A stretch of 64,000 bases of DNA from Candidatus Sungiibacteriota bacterium (GTDB lineage: Bacteria; Patescibacteriota; Minisyncoccia; Sungbacterales; SURF-37), in contig JACPMF010000010.1 in NCBI GenBank assembly GCA_016186145.1, forward strand, positions 8,053 through 72,052. Direction: 5' to 3'. This document shows, piece by piece, positions 47,332 through 55,697 of the stretch. Numbering within the stretch: the stretch's first letter is position 1; every line of letters begins with the position of its first letter. The translations under genes and the position numbers were made by a program. The notes below the pieces were generated by a model that saw only the letters and a list, made by a program, of their open reading frames with translations, was not told the origin of the DNA and did no database searches.

Positions 47332-47658
47332 TTGTATAGAGTTTGTCTAATTATGGGTAAAAATAAAATAACGGAAAAGGCTATAAAAATAATTTTAATA
47401 ATCGCGGGTCTTTCACTGATTTTCTTAATAGTTTCGCCGTTTTTTATTTCTACAGAAGAAGGGAGTGTGCTTGAAACCCTCATGCTCTTACTGGTTATCC
47501 CAATAATAATGGCGGCTGTAATTTTGGTTGTACTTACCCGTTCCGATATGTTTTCGCGGGGTGGTGATACTTTCTTGCCGCCCTATCTACGAGTAATTGG
47601 ACTCATACTTTTCGGACTTTGGATACTTTCTTTCTTCGTGGACAACCCTTTTCGATAG
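47332..47658 (+). CDS. Hypothetical membrane protein (3 TM)
   Basis: Hydrophobic segments. A terminator follows. Confidence 0.4.
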   Translation: MYRVCLIMGKNKITEKAIKIILIIAGLSLIFLIVSPFFISTEEGSVLETLMLLLVIPIIMAAVILVVLTRSDMFSRGGDTFLPPYLRVIGLILFGLWILSFFVDNPFR

Positions 47659-47696
47659 AAACTTCTATACGAATGTCGCGGGCCGCATAAAATCAA

Positions 47697-47730
47697 ATGC
47701 GGGGTGCATCACGCACCCCGCATTTTCTTT
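47697..47730 (+). terminator. Rho-independent terminator gcggggtgc-atcac-gcaccccgc plus a T-run
   Basis: 9-bp GC stem followed by ttttcttttt. Confidence 0.7.
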
Positions 47731-47737
47731 TTCCATA

Positions 47738-47771
47738 AATACTTCAATACAGCGCTGTATTGAAGTATTTA
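47738..47771. promoter_or_regulatory. 34-bp perfect palindrome AAATACTTCAATACAGCGCTGTATTGAAGTATTT (candidate operator), copy 1
   Basis: It is exactly self-complementary. It lies downstream of the yerC-like gene and shares the core AATACAGCGCTGTATT with 48216..48244. Confidence 0.45.
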
Positions 47772-47792
47772 AAAAAACAAAATCACCACAAT

Positions 47793-48209
47793 CTACTCAT
47801 GATGAAGAAATCTCCACCGCCCCTTACCCGCGATTGGCGGCAAAGCGAAAAGTCGTATAATACGATCAAGTTTTGCAAACAGCATTTCAAGTTTTCTGTC
47901 CTTTTCAAGGAGTACAACCGCTTTCTCAAATCCACCGCCGCCGCGATCCATCCTATCCTTCATTACGCTTATCGTGGCCTCGCTCACCTTCAAAGTCCTG
48001 CTTATTATGCCAAACGGATATCCTTTGTAGAGCATTACAACGATGGCAAGTCTCTTTGCAATCATAATTCGCTCTGTTTTTGTCAACAAATCGCTCAATA
48101 TATCGTTTAGATCTCCCTGGTGTGTAGTACCTGCCAAAAGCTCAATAAACCGATCGTGTAGAGACCGAAGCGTCTCCTTATCTAATTTATTTCTTGATAC
48201 GTGTGGCAT
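47793..48209 (-). CDS. TrpR/YerC-family DNA-binding protein
   Basis: ...TKTERIMIAKRLAIVVMLYKGYPFGIISRTLKVSEATISVM matches the Trp-repressor/YerC HTH block (A.RL..A..L..G.....I...TG.S.ATISRV). The likely start is the internal Met (MPHVS...) at 48209. Confidence 0.6.
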   Translation of the reverse strand: MPHVSRNKLDKETLRSLHDRFIELLAGTTHQGDLNDILSDLLTKTERIMIAKRLAIVVMLYKGYPFGIISRTLKVSEATISVMKDRMDRGGGGFEKAVVLLEKDRKLEMLFAKLDRIIRLFALPPIAGKGRWRFLHHE

Positions 48210-48215
48210 ACACGA

Positions 48216-48244
48216 ATACTTTAATACAGCGCTGTATTGAAGTA
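48216..48244. promoter_or_regulatory. Near-perfect palindrome TACTTTAATACAGCGCTGTATTGAAGTA, copy 2, 7 nt upstream of the yerC-like start
   Basis: One mismatch from a perfect palindrome. It sits where an autoregulatory operator would be expected. Confidence 0.45.
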
Positions 48245-48321
48245 AAGGAAAATAAAAAAACACCATTAGAAAACTTGGTGTTTATTATCTATGTTTATCA
48301 GCTCTTTCGTGCAGCTTTCTT

Positions 48322-49023
48322 CTATGTCGCTGCTTCTATTTCCGCAAGAATCATTTTAAGCGCCGCAACCGGATCCTCATTTTTCATGATCGGACTGCCG
48401 CAAACAAGGCCATCGGCACCCCTCGCGACTGCAACCGCCGGCTCAACTTCAAATCTATGCCGCGCATCCCTGAACCACTTAGGCCTAATGCCGGTTGCGA
48501 CAGTCATCAGGGGAAATTTTTTAAATATATTCAACATAGCGCCGGGTAGAATAATACCGTCACACCCCGTATTAACTGCGACACCGGCAAAATCATTTAC
48601 CGCTTCCGCAGTTGTTCGACGGAAAAATTCACGGCAGTGCGGCTCGCTCAGATAAGAAAGAACGGTTAGCGCGAGTACTTTCGTATGGCTCTGATATTTC
48701 TTTATATGCCTCACCACATCAATAAGGTGGCCATCCGCAAGAGCGTAAATGTTAAAATAGTCCACGCCGGCTTCCATCAGTTCATCAGTAACCGATACCA
48801 TAGCGCGCTCATCATGCCACATTTTAAGATCCGCAAACACCGGCCGACCAAGGTCAAGAATCCGCCTTACCGCGCGCCGAATACCATGTTTCAAAAGGTA
48901 ATCAAGATTAACCTTAAATCCAAACCGGCCGTCAGCTGAATTCAAATCATATGCGGTATTCAATGTCTTCCGCTCATTCAAAACGAGGCCATCAAGCGCG
49001 ATAAAAAGTATCGGCGTTTTCAT
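48322..49023 (-). CDS. Orotidine-5'-phosphate decarboxylase family protein (PyrF-like or HPS/KGPDC-like)
   Basis: LFIALDG, FADLKMWHD (DLK..D), and a C-terminal ...TGIRP...GADGLVCGSPI similar to PyrF 'TPGIR...GAD.IVVGR.I'. Confidence 0.5.
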   Translation of the reverse strand: MKTPILFIALDGLVLNERKTLNTAYDLNSADGRFGFKVNLDYLLKHGIRRAVRRILDLGRPVFADLKMWHDERAMVSVTDELMEAGVDYFNIYALADGHLIDVVRHIKKYQSHTKVLALTVLSYLSEPHCREFFRRTTAEAVNDFAGVAVNTGCDGIILPGAMLNIFKKFPLMTVATGIRPKWFRDARHRFEVEPAVAVARGADGLVCGSPIMKNEDPVAALKMILAEIEAAT

Positions 49024-49060
49024 CTTGCCGCCCCCCCTTCATCTTATAACTTCTCAAGTG

Positions 49061-49645
49061 TTAAAGAACTGATGCTTTATTGTTACTTAACAAAGAAATT
49101 CTATCAAGTAAAGTATATTCAGCCCCGGTAATTTTTAGCCGCGACTCCATAATGTCTATCGCCGAAACTTCAAGAGCAAGGGGCAGCTGCTCGAGAATTC
49201 TCGTCTTTTTTTCAATTTCCGCAAGACCGCCTTCTTCAAACCGAGCAAGCGTGATATGCGGATAAACTGCTCTCTCTTCTTTTTTAAATCCACCGACGCT
49301 TTTTTCCAGAACAATCCGCTCTTCAAAGCGGCGCTTCAGTTCAAGAAGCTTTTCCGAAGCCGCCCCAAAAAGCCAGATCATTCTCGCTTCCTGCCCCGGT
49401 GGAGCGAGCTCTATTGAATTGAATGGTATAGAAAAAGAATGAATTTTTCTTGCTTCCTCCAAAAGCAGCAATCGGACGGCCTCAAACTCCTGATCGGTCA
49501 CATAAAAAGGCGGCACCAATGTGATGTGCCAATTTTGCGGCGGCACCCAGCGAATCGGAAGCCACTGCCATCGCTTAACCGCCTCCGTGATTTTCTCGCG
49601 GAGTTCTTCGGAAAGTCCGGTTGCAATAAAAATTCTCCGGCGCAT
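49061..49645 (-). CDS. thpR: RNA 2',3'-cyclic phosphodiesterase / 2'-5' RNA ligase (LigT/ThpR, 2H family)
   Basis: Two H-x-T-x motifs, WHITLVPP and PHITLARF. Start at the internal Met MRRRIFIATGL. Confidence 0.7.
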   Translation of the reverse strand: MRRRIFIATGLSEELREKITEAVKRWQWLPIRWVPPQNWHITLVPPFYVTDQEFEAVRLLLLEEARKIHSFSIPFNSIELAPPGQEARMIWLFGAASEKLLELKRRFEERIVLEKSVGGFKKEERAVYPHITLARFEEGGLAEIEKKTRILEQLPLALEVSAIDIMESRLKITGAEYTLLDRISLLSNNKASVL

Positions 49646-49646
49646 A

Positions 49647-50348
49647 TCATTCGCCGTTTGAAAATTCGCGGAAACGACAAAATTCGCACTCGCTATGCGC
49701 CTTCGGCTCGCCATCCCTGACAATACGGACAACTTCTTCCAAAATTCCAAGACCGTTTTGAGGGCTTAGTTTTAATTTTACGAGCTCGGTGACAAAATCA
49801 GCAGAACTTTGCGCGTATTCTTTCGGCCAAAAAAACAACAGGTATCCGTATCCGGCAACCGGATAACCGTTCTTTTCAAAAAGCAAAGCGTAAAGATCAA
49901 GCTGGGTTTGATAGTGGGCCGCAGTGTCTTCTTTAAGCGGATAACCGCGGGTTTTAAAATCAATCGGAACAAATTCGCCCTTCTCGTTAATAAGCAAATC
50001 GTCAATCGCGCCTTTTAAAGTAAGGTCAAGTTCTGTAAACACGTAAGAAATTCCTTTCCAGTTGTTGCGCCATACGTCAAGAAACGCGCGATCAGTATAA
50101 AGCGTTTCCTTGCCCAAACCGCGAAGCTCCGGGGGTAATTCTTCTTTCTCCCGATATCCGTCAAAATAGGTTTTGAAAAGACGGTCAAATCCTCCGGGCA
50201 GGCTTGGAAATATCCCTGACGGCCGCTTCAATCCTTCGCGAAAATAAAGCCACAAACATCTCGGGCACTCGAGAAGCATGCCGATTTGCGAAGGAGAAAC
50301 GGTAATAGAAGATTTTGGAGTTGTTTTCGATCCCCTGTTTTTATACAT
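49647..50348 (-). CDS. PD-(D/E)XK nuclease with four Cys (Cas4/AddB-like Fe-S nuclease), standalone
   Basis: N-terminal CPRC and C-terminal CEFC cysteine pairs bracket a core with DDLLINEKGEFVPIDFKT (D...E.K-like) and a conserved Tyr/Gln (YQTQLDLYAL). Confidence 0.45.
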   Translation of the reverse strand: MYKNRGSKTTPKSSITVSPSQIGMLLECPRCLWLYFREGLKRPSGIFPSLPGGFDRLFKTYFDGYREKEELPPELRGLGKETLYTDRAFLDVWRNNWKGISYVFTELDLTLKGAIDDLLINEKGEFVPIDFKTRGYPLKEDTAAHYQTQLDLYALLFEKNGYPVAGYGYLLFFWPKEYAQSSADFVTELVKLKLSPQNGLGILEEVVRIVRDGEPKAHSECEFCRFREFSNGE

Positions 50349-50486
50349 GCACCCGGATCATAACATGAACGCAAACTTTTCAGAAAAGCCAACCAAAAAG
50401 TTGACAAAACGGGAATAATTTGCTAAAACAAATTTTGTTCCTTGTAAATTAGGACATGCCAAAAAACAAAAGAAGGAGCGGGATTT

Positions 50487-51596
50487 ATGGAGCTCTTCTT
50501 GCTCCTCGTCATTCCTCTGCTTATCGCCTTGGGGGCGTTTTTGTGGAGTACTTTGAAGCGGGATCGCCGCTACATTATCAGTCTCAAAGAATTTCTGGTT
50601 ATGGTTGGGGTTGTAGTGTTTCTCATGCTCGTCGGTTACTTTATCTCCCGCTATGCGGCAACCTACGACAACGAGCTCTGGAACGGCCGCGTCGTCAATA
50701 AGCAACAAGAACGAGTGTCATGCGAACATTCCTATCCTTGCAATCCGCACCCATGCATGTGCGACGATAAAGGCAACTGCAGCACCTGCTGGGATACCTG
50801 CTATGAACATTCCTATGACTGGGATTGGGCGCTTTACACTTCAAACAGCGAACGGATCGAAATTAACCGAATTGACCGACAAGGAGTGAATGAACCCCCG
50901 CGATATACGAAAGCAAAGAGCGGCGACCCGACGGCGGTAATTCACGGCTATACGAACTACATAAAAGCAAATCCATGGTCAATCATGCGAAGAAGCGGCG
51001 CGATGGAGGAATTCAAAAACCTCATGCCGTCCTACCCTCTTAACATATACGACTACCATTATGTTGATCGCTTCATCGCGCTCGGTGTTACAATCCCTCC
51101 GGACGCTTCCCCGCTTTGGAACCGCGACCTCATGGAAGTAAACGCTGATCTTGGAAAGAAAAAACAGGTCAACATCATTTTTGTCGTTGTACCGACCGCT
51201 GACTCTTCTTATCTTCACGCCCTCGAAGAAGGATGGCTTGGAGGAAAAAAGAACGACCTCGTAGTCATCTTCGGTGTCGCCCGCTATCCGGAAGTCAGCT
51301 GGGTGCGAGTGATGTCGTGGACGCAGGCAGAAGAAGTCAAAATCGGCCTGCGTGATTCCCTCCAAGAGATCGGCTCCCTCGAAAGGCACGAGGAAATAAT
51401 TACCAAAACAAAAGAGCTGGTAGACAAACTCTTTGTCAGACGGCCCATGGCCGACTTCGAATACCTTATGGCAGGCGTCCGCCCGCCGCCATGGACACTG
51501 ATTACTCTTCTTATCGTCGGAATAGGAGTTTCTGTGGGGCTCGCCGTCTTTTTCTATAGGGAAGACCCGTTTGAAACTGGCAGAAAACACTGGTAA
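50487..51596 (+). CDS. Hypothetical membrane protein with a Cys-rich extracytoplasmic segment
   Basis: 2 N-terminal TM helices, CEHSYPCNPHPCMCDDKGNCSTCWDTCYEH (10 Cys in 30 aa), a large soluble domain, and a C-terminal TM. Confidence 0.45.
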   Translation: MELFLLLVIPLLIALGAFLWSTLKRDRRYIISLKEFLVMVGVVVFLMLVGYFISRYAATYDNELWNGRVVNKQQERVSCEHSYPCNPHPCMCDDKGNCSTCWDTCYEHSYDWDWALYTSNSERIEINRIDRQGVNEPPRYTKAKSGDPTAVIHGYTNYIKANPWSIMRRSGAMEEFKNLMPSYPLNIYDYHYVDRFIALGVTIPPDASPLWNRDLMEVNADLGKKKQVNIIFVVVPTADSSYLHALEEGWLGGKKNDLVVIFGVARYPEVSWVRVMSWTQAEEVKIGLRDSLQEIGSLERHEEIITKTKELVDKLFVRRPMADFEYLMAGVRPPPWTLITLLIVGIGVSVGLAVFFYREDPFETGRKHW

Positions 51597-51639
51597 CGCG
51601 ATAAACTGCAAAAACCCCGAACGGGAAAGGAGAGGTCAC

Positions 51640-52209
51640 ATGAGTAAAGGGCTCGTAATCACCGTTGCTGTTCTTGCGGTATTGGGTGTATTGGTTCTCG
51701 CCGTCGTCGGTTCGCTTATCGGCTTCAATAACACCGCTGTTCGCATGGAAGCGGGCGTTAAGGCGCAGTACGAACAGAACCGAAATAACTACGACAACTA
51801 CTGGAAGAAGCTGAAAGAAATCGCACAGGTTCCCGCAATGTATGTTGACGATATGAAAAAGCTTTGGGACGGCGTCATGACGGGCCGTTACGGAAAAGAA
51901 GGTTCCCGGGCAATGTTCCAGTGGATCCAGGAACGGAACCCCAAGCTTGACCCCTCGCTTTACCGAAAAATCCAGGATGTCGTCGAAGCCGGCCGCAATA
52001 GCTTCGAGGCAGATCAAAAAATGCTGATCGACAAAAAACGCGAATACTTCGACACCTACCTCAAGACTTTCCCGAATAGCGCGCTTGCCGGACTCCTCGG
52101 CTTTCCGAAAATCAACCCTGCAGACTACGCAATTGTCACTTCGGAAGAGACGGAAGAAGTGTTCAAAAGCAAAAAGTCGAAACCGCTGAAACTCCGAGAC
52201 GAAAACTAA
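51640..52209 (+). CDS. Divergent LemA-like membrane-anchored protein
   Basis: TM helix, then GFNNTAVRMEAGVKAQYEQNRNNY..., which resembles the LemA start (GWYNSLVRLDEQVNASWAQVENQY) but lacks the RR.DLIPNLV block. RBS GGAAAGGAGAGG. Confidence 0.4.
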   Translation: MSKGLVITVAVLAVLGVLVLAVVGSLIGFNNTAVRMEAGVKAQYEQNRNNYDNYWKKLKEIAQVPAMYVDDMKKLWDGVMTGRYGKEGSRAMFQWIQERNPKLDPSLYRKIQDVVEAGRNSFEADQKMLIDKKREYFDTYLKTFPNSALAGLLGFPKINPADYAIVTSEETEEVFKSKKSKPLKLRDEN

Positions 52210-52226
52210 AAGAGCTTAAAAATCGA

Positions 52227-52251
52227 GATGCCGCATGCGCGGCATTTTTTC
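52227..52251. terminator. Bidirectional terminator atgccgc-atgc-gcggcat plus T7
   Basis: Palindromic hairpin between convergent genes. Confidence 0.65.
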
Positions 52252-52282
52252 TTATATAAAAAGCGGCCTTCAGGCCGCTTTC

Positions 52283-53122
52283 TTAATTTTCCCCGACGCG
52301 CATTTTCATTTTGACAGGATGAGCGCCTCGAACCAAAGAACTGGTAGAAATATAATGGACCCCGGTTTCAGCAATCAAGCGAAGATCCTTATCGCCTATG
52401 CCGGATGCTTCGAAAATAATTTTGTCACCGTACTTTTGTACCGCTTCAGCCATCATTTTCAAACTCATATTGTCGAGAAGCACGTGGCTGACCCTGCCGT
52501 CGGCTACGACAACCTCAAGCTCCTCAAAAGTTTCCACTTCGATCTCGACGCTGACCAAATGCGACTTTGCCAGGAAAGCGCGGTCAATCGCTTTTTTAAT
52601 CCAGCCGTCGATCTGAATATCTTCTTTCTTGATAAGAATCCCATCATATCTTCCAAACCGGTGATTGGTTCCGCCGCCGACCCTTACAGCATACTTTTCA
52701 AACACGCGAAGGCCGGGCGTAGTTTTTCTCGTATCAAGAAGTTTCGCAGGCAAACCCTTGATTTCATCGACCGCTTTTCGCGTATGCGCGGCAATTCCGG
52801 AAAGGTGCTGGAGAAGATTCAAAACCGTACGGATACCGTGGCGAAGTGTTTCAACCTCAATGTCAATTCTGGCAACGATATTTCCTGAAGAGAAAGCCCT
52901 TCCTTCTTCAAGTAAAAAGATCGCTCGCGGCTTCTGAACGCCGTCGGGAGTAATAAGCGAAAAGGCTGGAACAATCAATTTCCCTCCGCACATAACTCCC
53001 GGTTCTTCCGCAATGATTCTCGCGCTAACGAAACGCAGCGAATCGTTCGACTCAACCGCAACAGGTCCAATATCTTCCGCCAAAAATTCTTCAAGCTTTC
53101 GACGAACGAAAATCTCGTTCAT
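52283..53122 (-). CDS. nadC: Nicotinate-nucleotide pyrophosphorylase [carboxylating] (quinolinate phosphoribosyltransferase)
   Basis: FLAEDIGPVAV N-terminal motif. Correct length and TIM-barrel C-terminus. Confidence 0.85.
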   Translation of the reverse strand: MNEIFVRRKLEEFLAEDIGPVAVESNDSLRFVSARIIAEEPGVMCGGKLIVPAFSLITPDGVQKPRAIFLLEEGRAFSSGNIVARIDIEVETLRHGIRTVLNLLQHLSGIAAHTRKAVDEIKGLPAKLLDTRKTTPGLRVFEKYAVRVGGGTNHRFGRYDGILIKKEDIQIDGWIKKAIDRAFLAKSHLVSVEIEVETFEELEVVVADGRVSHVLLDNMSLKMMAEAVQKYGDKIIFEASGIGDKDLRLIAETGVHYISTSSLVRGAHPVKMKMRVGEN

Positions 53123-53137
53123 TTCAGATCCCCTTTC

Positions 53138-54238
53138 TTAGACGATCCGAAGCATTCGCTCAATCGGAACGCGCGCCCTTTTCGCAAGCTCTACATCAAC
53201 GGTAATTTCGTGCTTGAGATCGCGAAGCGACTCATAAACCTTCCGAAGCGTATTCTGTTTCATGAAGGGACAGATCGCTTCACGGCTTGCCGGAATAAAA
53301 GTTTTTCCCGGAGCGGCTTTTGACATCGGATAAATATTACCGACTTCGGTAGCAACAATAATCTTTTCGGCATCCGTCTCCCGTGCAAACTTAATCATTC
53401 CCTGCGTTGATAAAAACCGCATCCGGCCTTCGGAACTGTTCATCAACGGCACGAGACACGCTGACTGGCAGCCGCACTCCATGTGCCCTGCAACAACCGC
53501 ATCGGGATGCTTGGCGAGCTCCTCCTGCAAATGCTGCGGACGAATCCGTTCGTGAACGTGGCACGCGCCCATCATCAACCATAACCGGTCAACCGACTGC
53601 CCCATCCCCAAAAGCATCTTTGCCGCGTAAAGTCCGAGAAAAACATCCGGGCCAAAAAGCACGGGGCCGTCGTGATTTTCAAACACGTATTTGATCACCT
53701 GCGGGGAATTTGCCGAAGCGCAGCAATAATCGCTTTCCGCCTTTACGTCAACATACGTATTCACGTAACTTACCACCACCCCATCGGGATGTTCTTTCTT
53801 CCAAGCGCGGATTTTCCCCGCATCCGCGTGCGAAGCTAAAGAACAAAGCGCTCTCAAATCAGGGGCAAGCACTTTCTGGTGCGGCTTTTTCATAACCGCA
53901 AGAATCTGGTTCATAAAAAGAACCGCCGCCTCAACCAAAACGTCCGCATCCGGCGCAACGCCCTTTTGCGCGAGAAATAAAGAATCGCCGACAGCATCCG
54001 CCACATCCTGAACGTCAGGCGGCATGTAATTATGCGCAAGCACCAAAGCGTTCCGTTCCCGCTTCAAACGCACGATTTCTTCGCAGAACCACTGCCGCTC
54101 TTCAGAAGAAATATTTTCAGGGAATGCGTCAGCAGGAACTTCCGGAATTTCATTTGGCGGGCCGAGGTCAGTTGTATCGATAGCCGCGATTGCTTCTCGC
54201 GCAGGGAGAATGTCTCCGGAAAGAACCTCACGAACCAT
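53138..54238 (-). CDS. nadA: Quinolinate synthase A
   Basis: NALVLAHNYMPPDVQDVADAVGDSL, the Cys ligands and triple-repeat architecture. Confidence 0.85.
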   Translation of the reverse strand: MVREVLSGDILPAREAIAAIDTTDLGPPNEIPEVPADAFPENISSEERQWFCEEIVRLKRERNALVLAHNYMPPDVQDVADAVGDSLFLAQKGVAPDADVLVEAAVLFMNQILAVMKKPHQKVLAPDLRALCSLASHADAGKIRAWKKEHPDGVVVSYVNTYVDVKAESDYCCASANSPQVIKYVFENHDGPVLFGPDVFLGLYAAKMLLGMGQSVDRLWLMMGACHVHERIRPQHLQEELAKHPDAVVAGHMECGCQSACLVPLMNSSEGRMRFLSTQGMIKFARETDAEKIIVATEVGNIYPMSKAAPGKTFIPASREAICPFMKQNTLRKVYESLRDLKHEITVDVELAKRARVPIERMLRIV

Positions 54239-55637
54239 TACGAACCCCCCTTTCTTTCAAAAAACTTTCTACAAGTTCGATATCCTCGATAGCATTACCC
54301 ATACAACTTGATGCGCCGGGAGAAGGCGTTACATTGCAAATTACCGGATTATCCGAATCACCGACAAACTTACCGAGACCCATTTCCAGCTTCCTGGTCT
54401 TGAGGTTCAAAAGCTGGGGCCTGATACCGCCCATTCCCCTTCCGAAGTGCAGGTCGCGAAACCGCATCGTCGGAATGACCTTCTGCGCTCCCCACTTGAG
54501 AAAAAACCATTTTCCAAGAATTGGAAAGTTATATAAAATGTTCTTCAGCTCAAAACGGGACAGCCTCGGATCGCCGAGGACTCGCAAAAGCGTCAAAAAA
54601 TAATCCCACGGCCGGAGCATTCCCATTTTCATAAAATCCACGATGGTCGAAAAATGATGGCGTTCAAAGAACGGAAGCACAATCGCAGTCGGCCCGATCC
54701 GCGTTTCATTTTCATTATAGACCGCGCGATCCGCATGAGGCGCTGCAAAAGGAATGTTTTCGTCCTGGACCGTATAAACCTTTCCGTTCAGAAACTTCTC
54801 CGTCGTGTAGTGGAAACTCCCCGCGACAGGCAGAATCGCGTACTCTTCCGCAGGAAGACCGTTTTCCGCATGGCGGACGCCGAGACGCTTCGCAAACATC
54901 AAACTATAAGGCCCGGCAGAAATCACAAGGGTTTTTGCCCGGAATACGCCTCGGTTAGTCTTTACAAGGTAAGTATTGTCTGCATCGCGCTCAATGCCAA
55001 AAACCTTAGTGCGAAAGAACGCATGAAATTCCTTACCATTTGCTTTCGCCTCTTTATCGCCTTCCCGAACAAACGATTCGGCAAGCTGGGCGTAATCTAC
55101 CGCATGCCCCTTGCTATACAGCGCATAAAGATGTTTCTTCTCATCTTCATTTCTTCCTTCAACGACTTTCGGCTCAATCGCCGCAATCTCCTGCCATCCA
55201 ATAAGTTCAAGATCAGGATAATGGGGTTTCAGCATCTTGAATCTCATCCGCAGAAGGTTTGCCTCCTCCACATTCGTGCTAATGACCATAGCCGGCAACT
55301 CAACATACGCGCCGTGCCCGCGCTCCTTCAGGTAAGCGACAAGATACTTATAAAACGCATGCATCCGCAAGGCCTTCGGAAGAGAAAAGTTTGTTTCCTT
55401 GTCTCCGCGATGGGCGGTTTCGGCATTCGCAAGCACATTCGAATTAACCTGTGCTACGGCATGATGCTTTTCAAGGAGTGCGGCGCTCCGTATTTCAAAC
55501 GAAAGAGCCGCTCGGAAATAAACTGCCGTCCCCACCACTCCGCCGCCGATAATCACGAGGTCATAAGCATCGCCATCGCTTCTCATGCCGATAGCTCCTT
55601 TCGCGCTATTGATAAGCGTAAAAGCGGCGTTTTTCAT
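54228..55637 (-). CDS. Mqo-family FAD-dependent oxidoreductase (malate:quinone-oxidoreductase-like), occupying the nadB position. Overlaps nadA by 11 nt.
   Basis: YDLVIIGGGVVGTAVYF dinucleotide-binding motif. AQVNSNVLANAETAHRGDKETNFSLPKA matches the Mqo block (S..NS.T.H.G..ETNY). C-terminal NVTPSPGASSCMGNA. It lacks the NadB motifs GSTFYAQGGIAA and RHGGT. Start at the internal Met with RBS GGGGGAGGG. Confidence 0.5.
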   Translation of the reverse strand: MKNAAFTLINSAKGAIGMRSDGDAYDLVIIGGGVVGTAVYFRAALSFEIRSAALLEKHHAVAQVNSNVLANAETAHRGDKETNFSLPKALRMHAFYKYLVAYLKERGHGAYVELPAMVISTNVEEANLLRMRFKMLKPHYPDLELIGWQEIAAIEPKVVEGRNEDEKKHLYALYSKGHAVDYAQLAESFVREGDKEAKANGKEFHAFFRTKVFGIERDADNTYLVKTNRGVFRAKTLVISAGPYSLMFAKRLGVRHAENGLPAEEYAILPVAGSFHYTTEKFLNGKVYTVQDENIPFAAPHADRAVYNENETRIGPTAIVLPFFERHHFSTIVDFMKMGMLRPWDYFLTLLRVLGDPRLSRFELKNILYNFPILGKWFFLKWGAQKVIPTMRFRDLHFGRGMGGIRPQLLNLKTRKLEMGLGKFVGDSDNPVICNVTPSPGASSCMGNAIEDIELVESFLKERGVRNGS

Positions 55638-55697
55638 GATCCCTCCCCCTTCTTCAAATTTCAAGGAACTACTTAGTGTACTTTTTACACTATACGC

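Noticed and set aside
49647-50348. Possible CRISPR-Cas locus because of the Cas4-like nuclease
   Set aside because: No direct-repeat or spacer array and no other cas genes anywhere in the window. I treat it as a standalone nuclease.
50358-50708. 116-aa minus-strand ORF overlapping the start of the Cys-rich membrane gene
   Set aside because: It overlaps a better-supported plus-strand gene and has no RBS or recognisable features.
54228-55637. Calling this gene nadB (L-aspartate oxidase) from its position
   Set aside because: It lacks the NadB/succinate-DH flavoprotein motifs and instead carries Mqo/LhgO-type blocks. I keep it as an Mqo-family oxidoreductase with a hypothesised NadB-replacing role.
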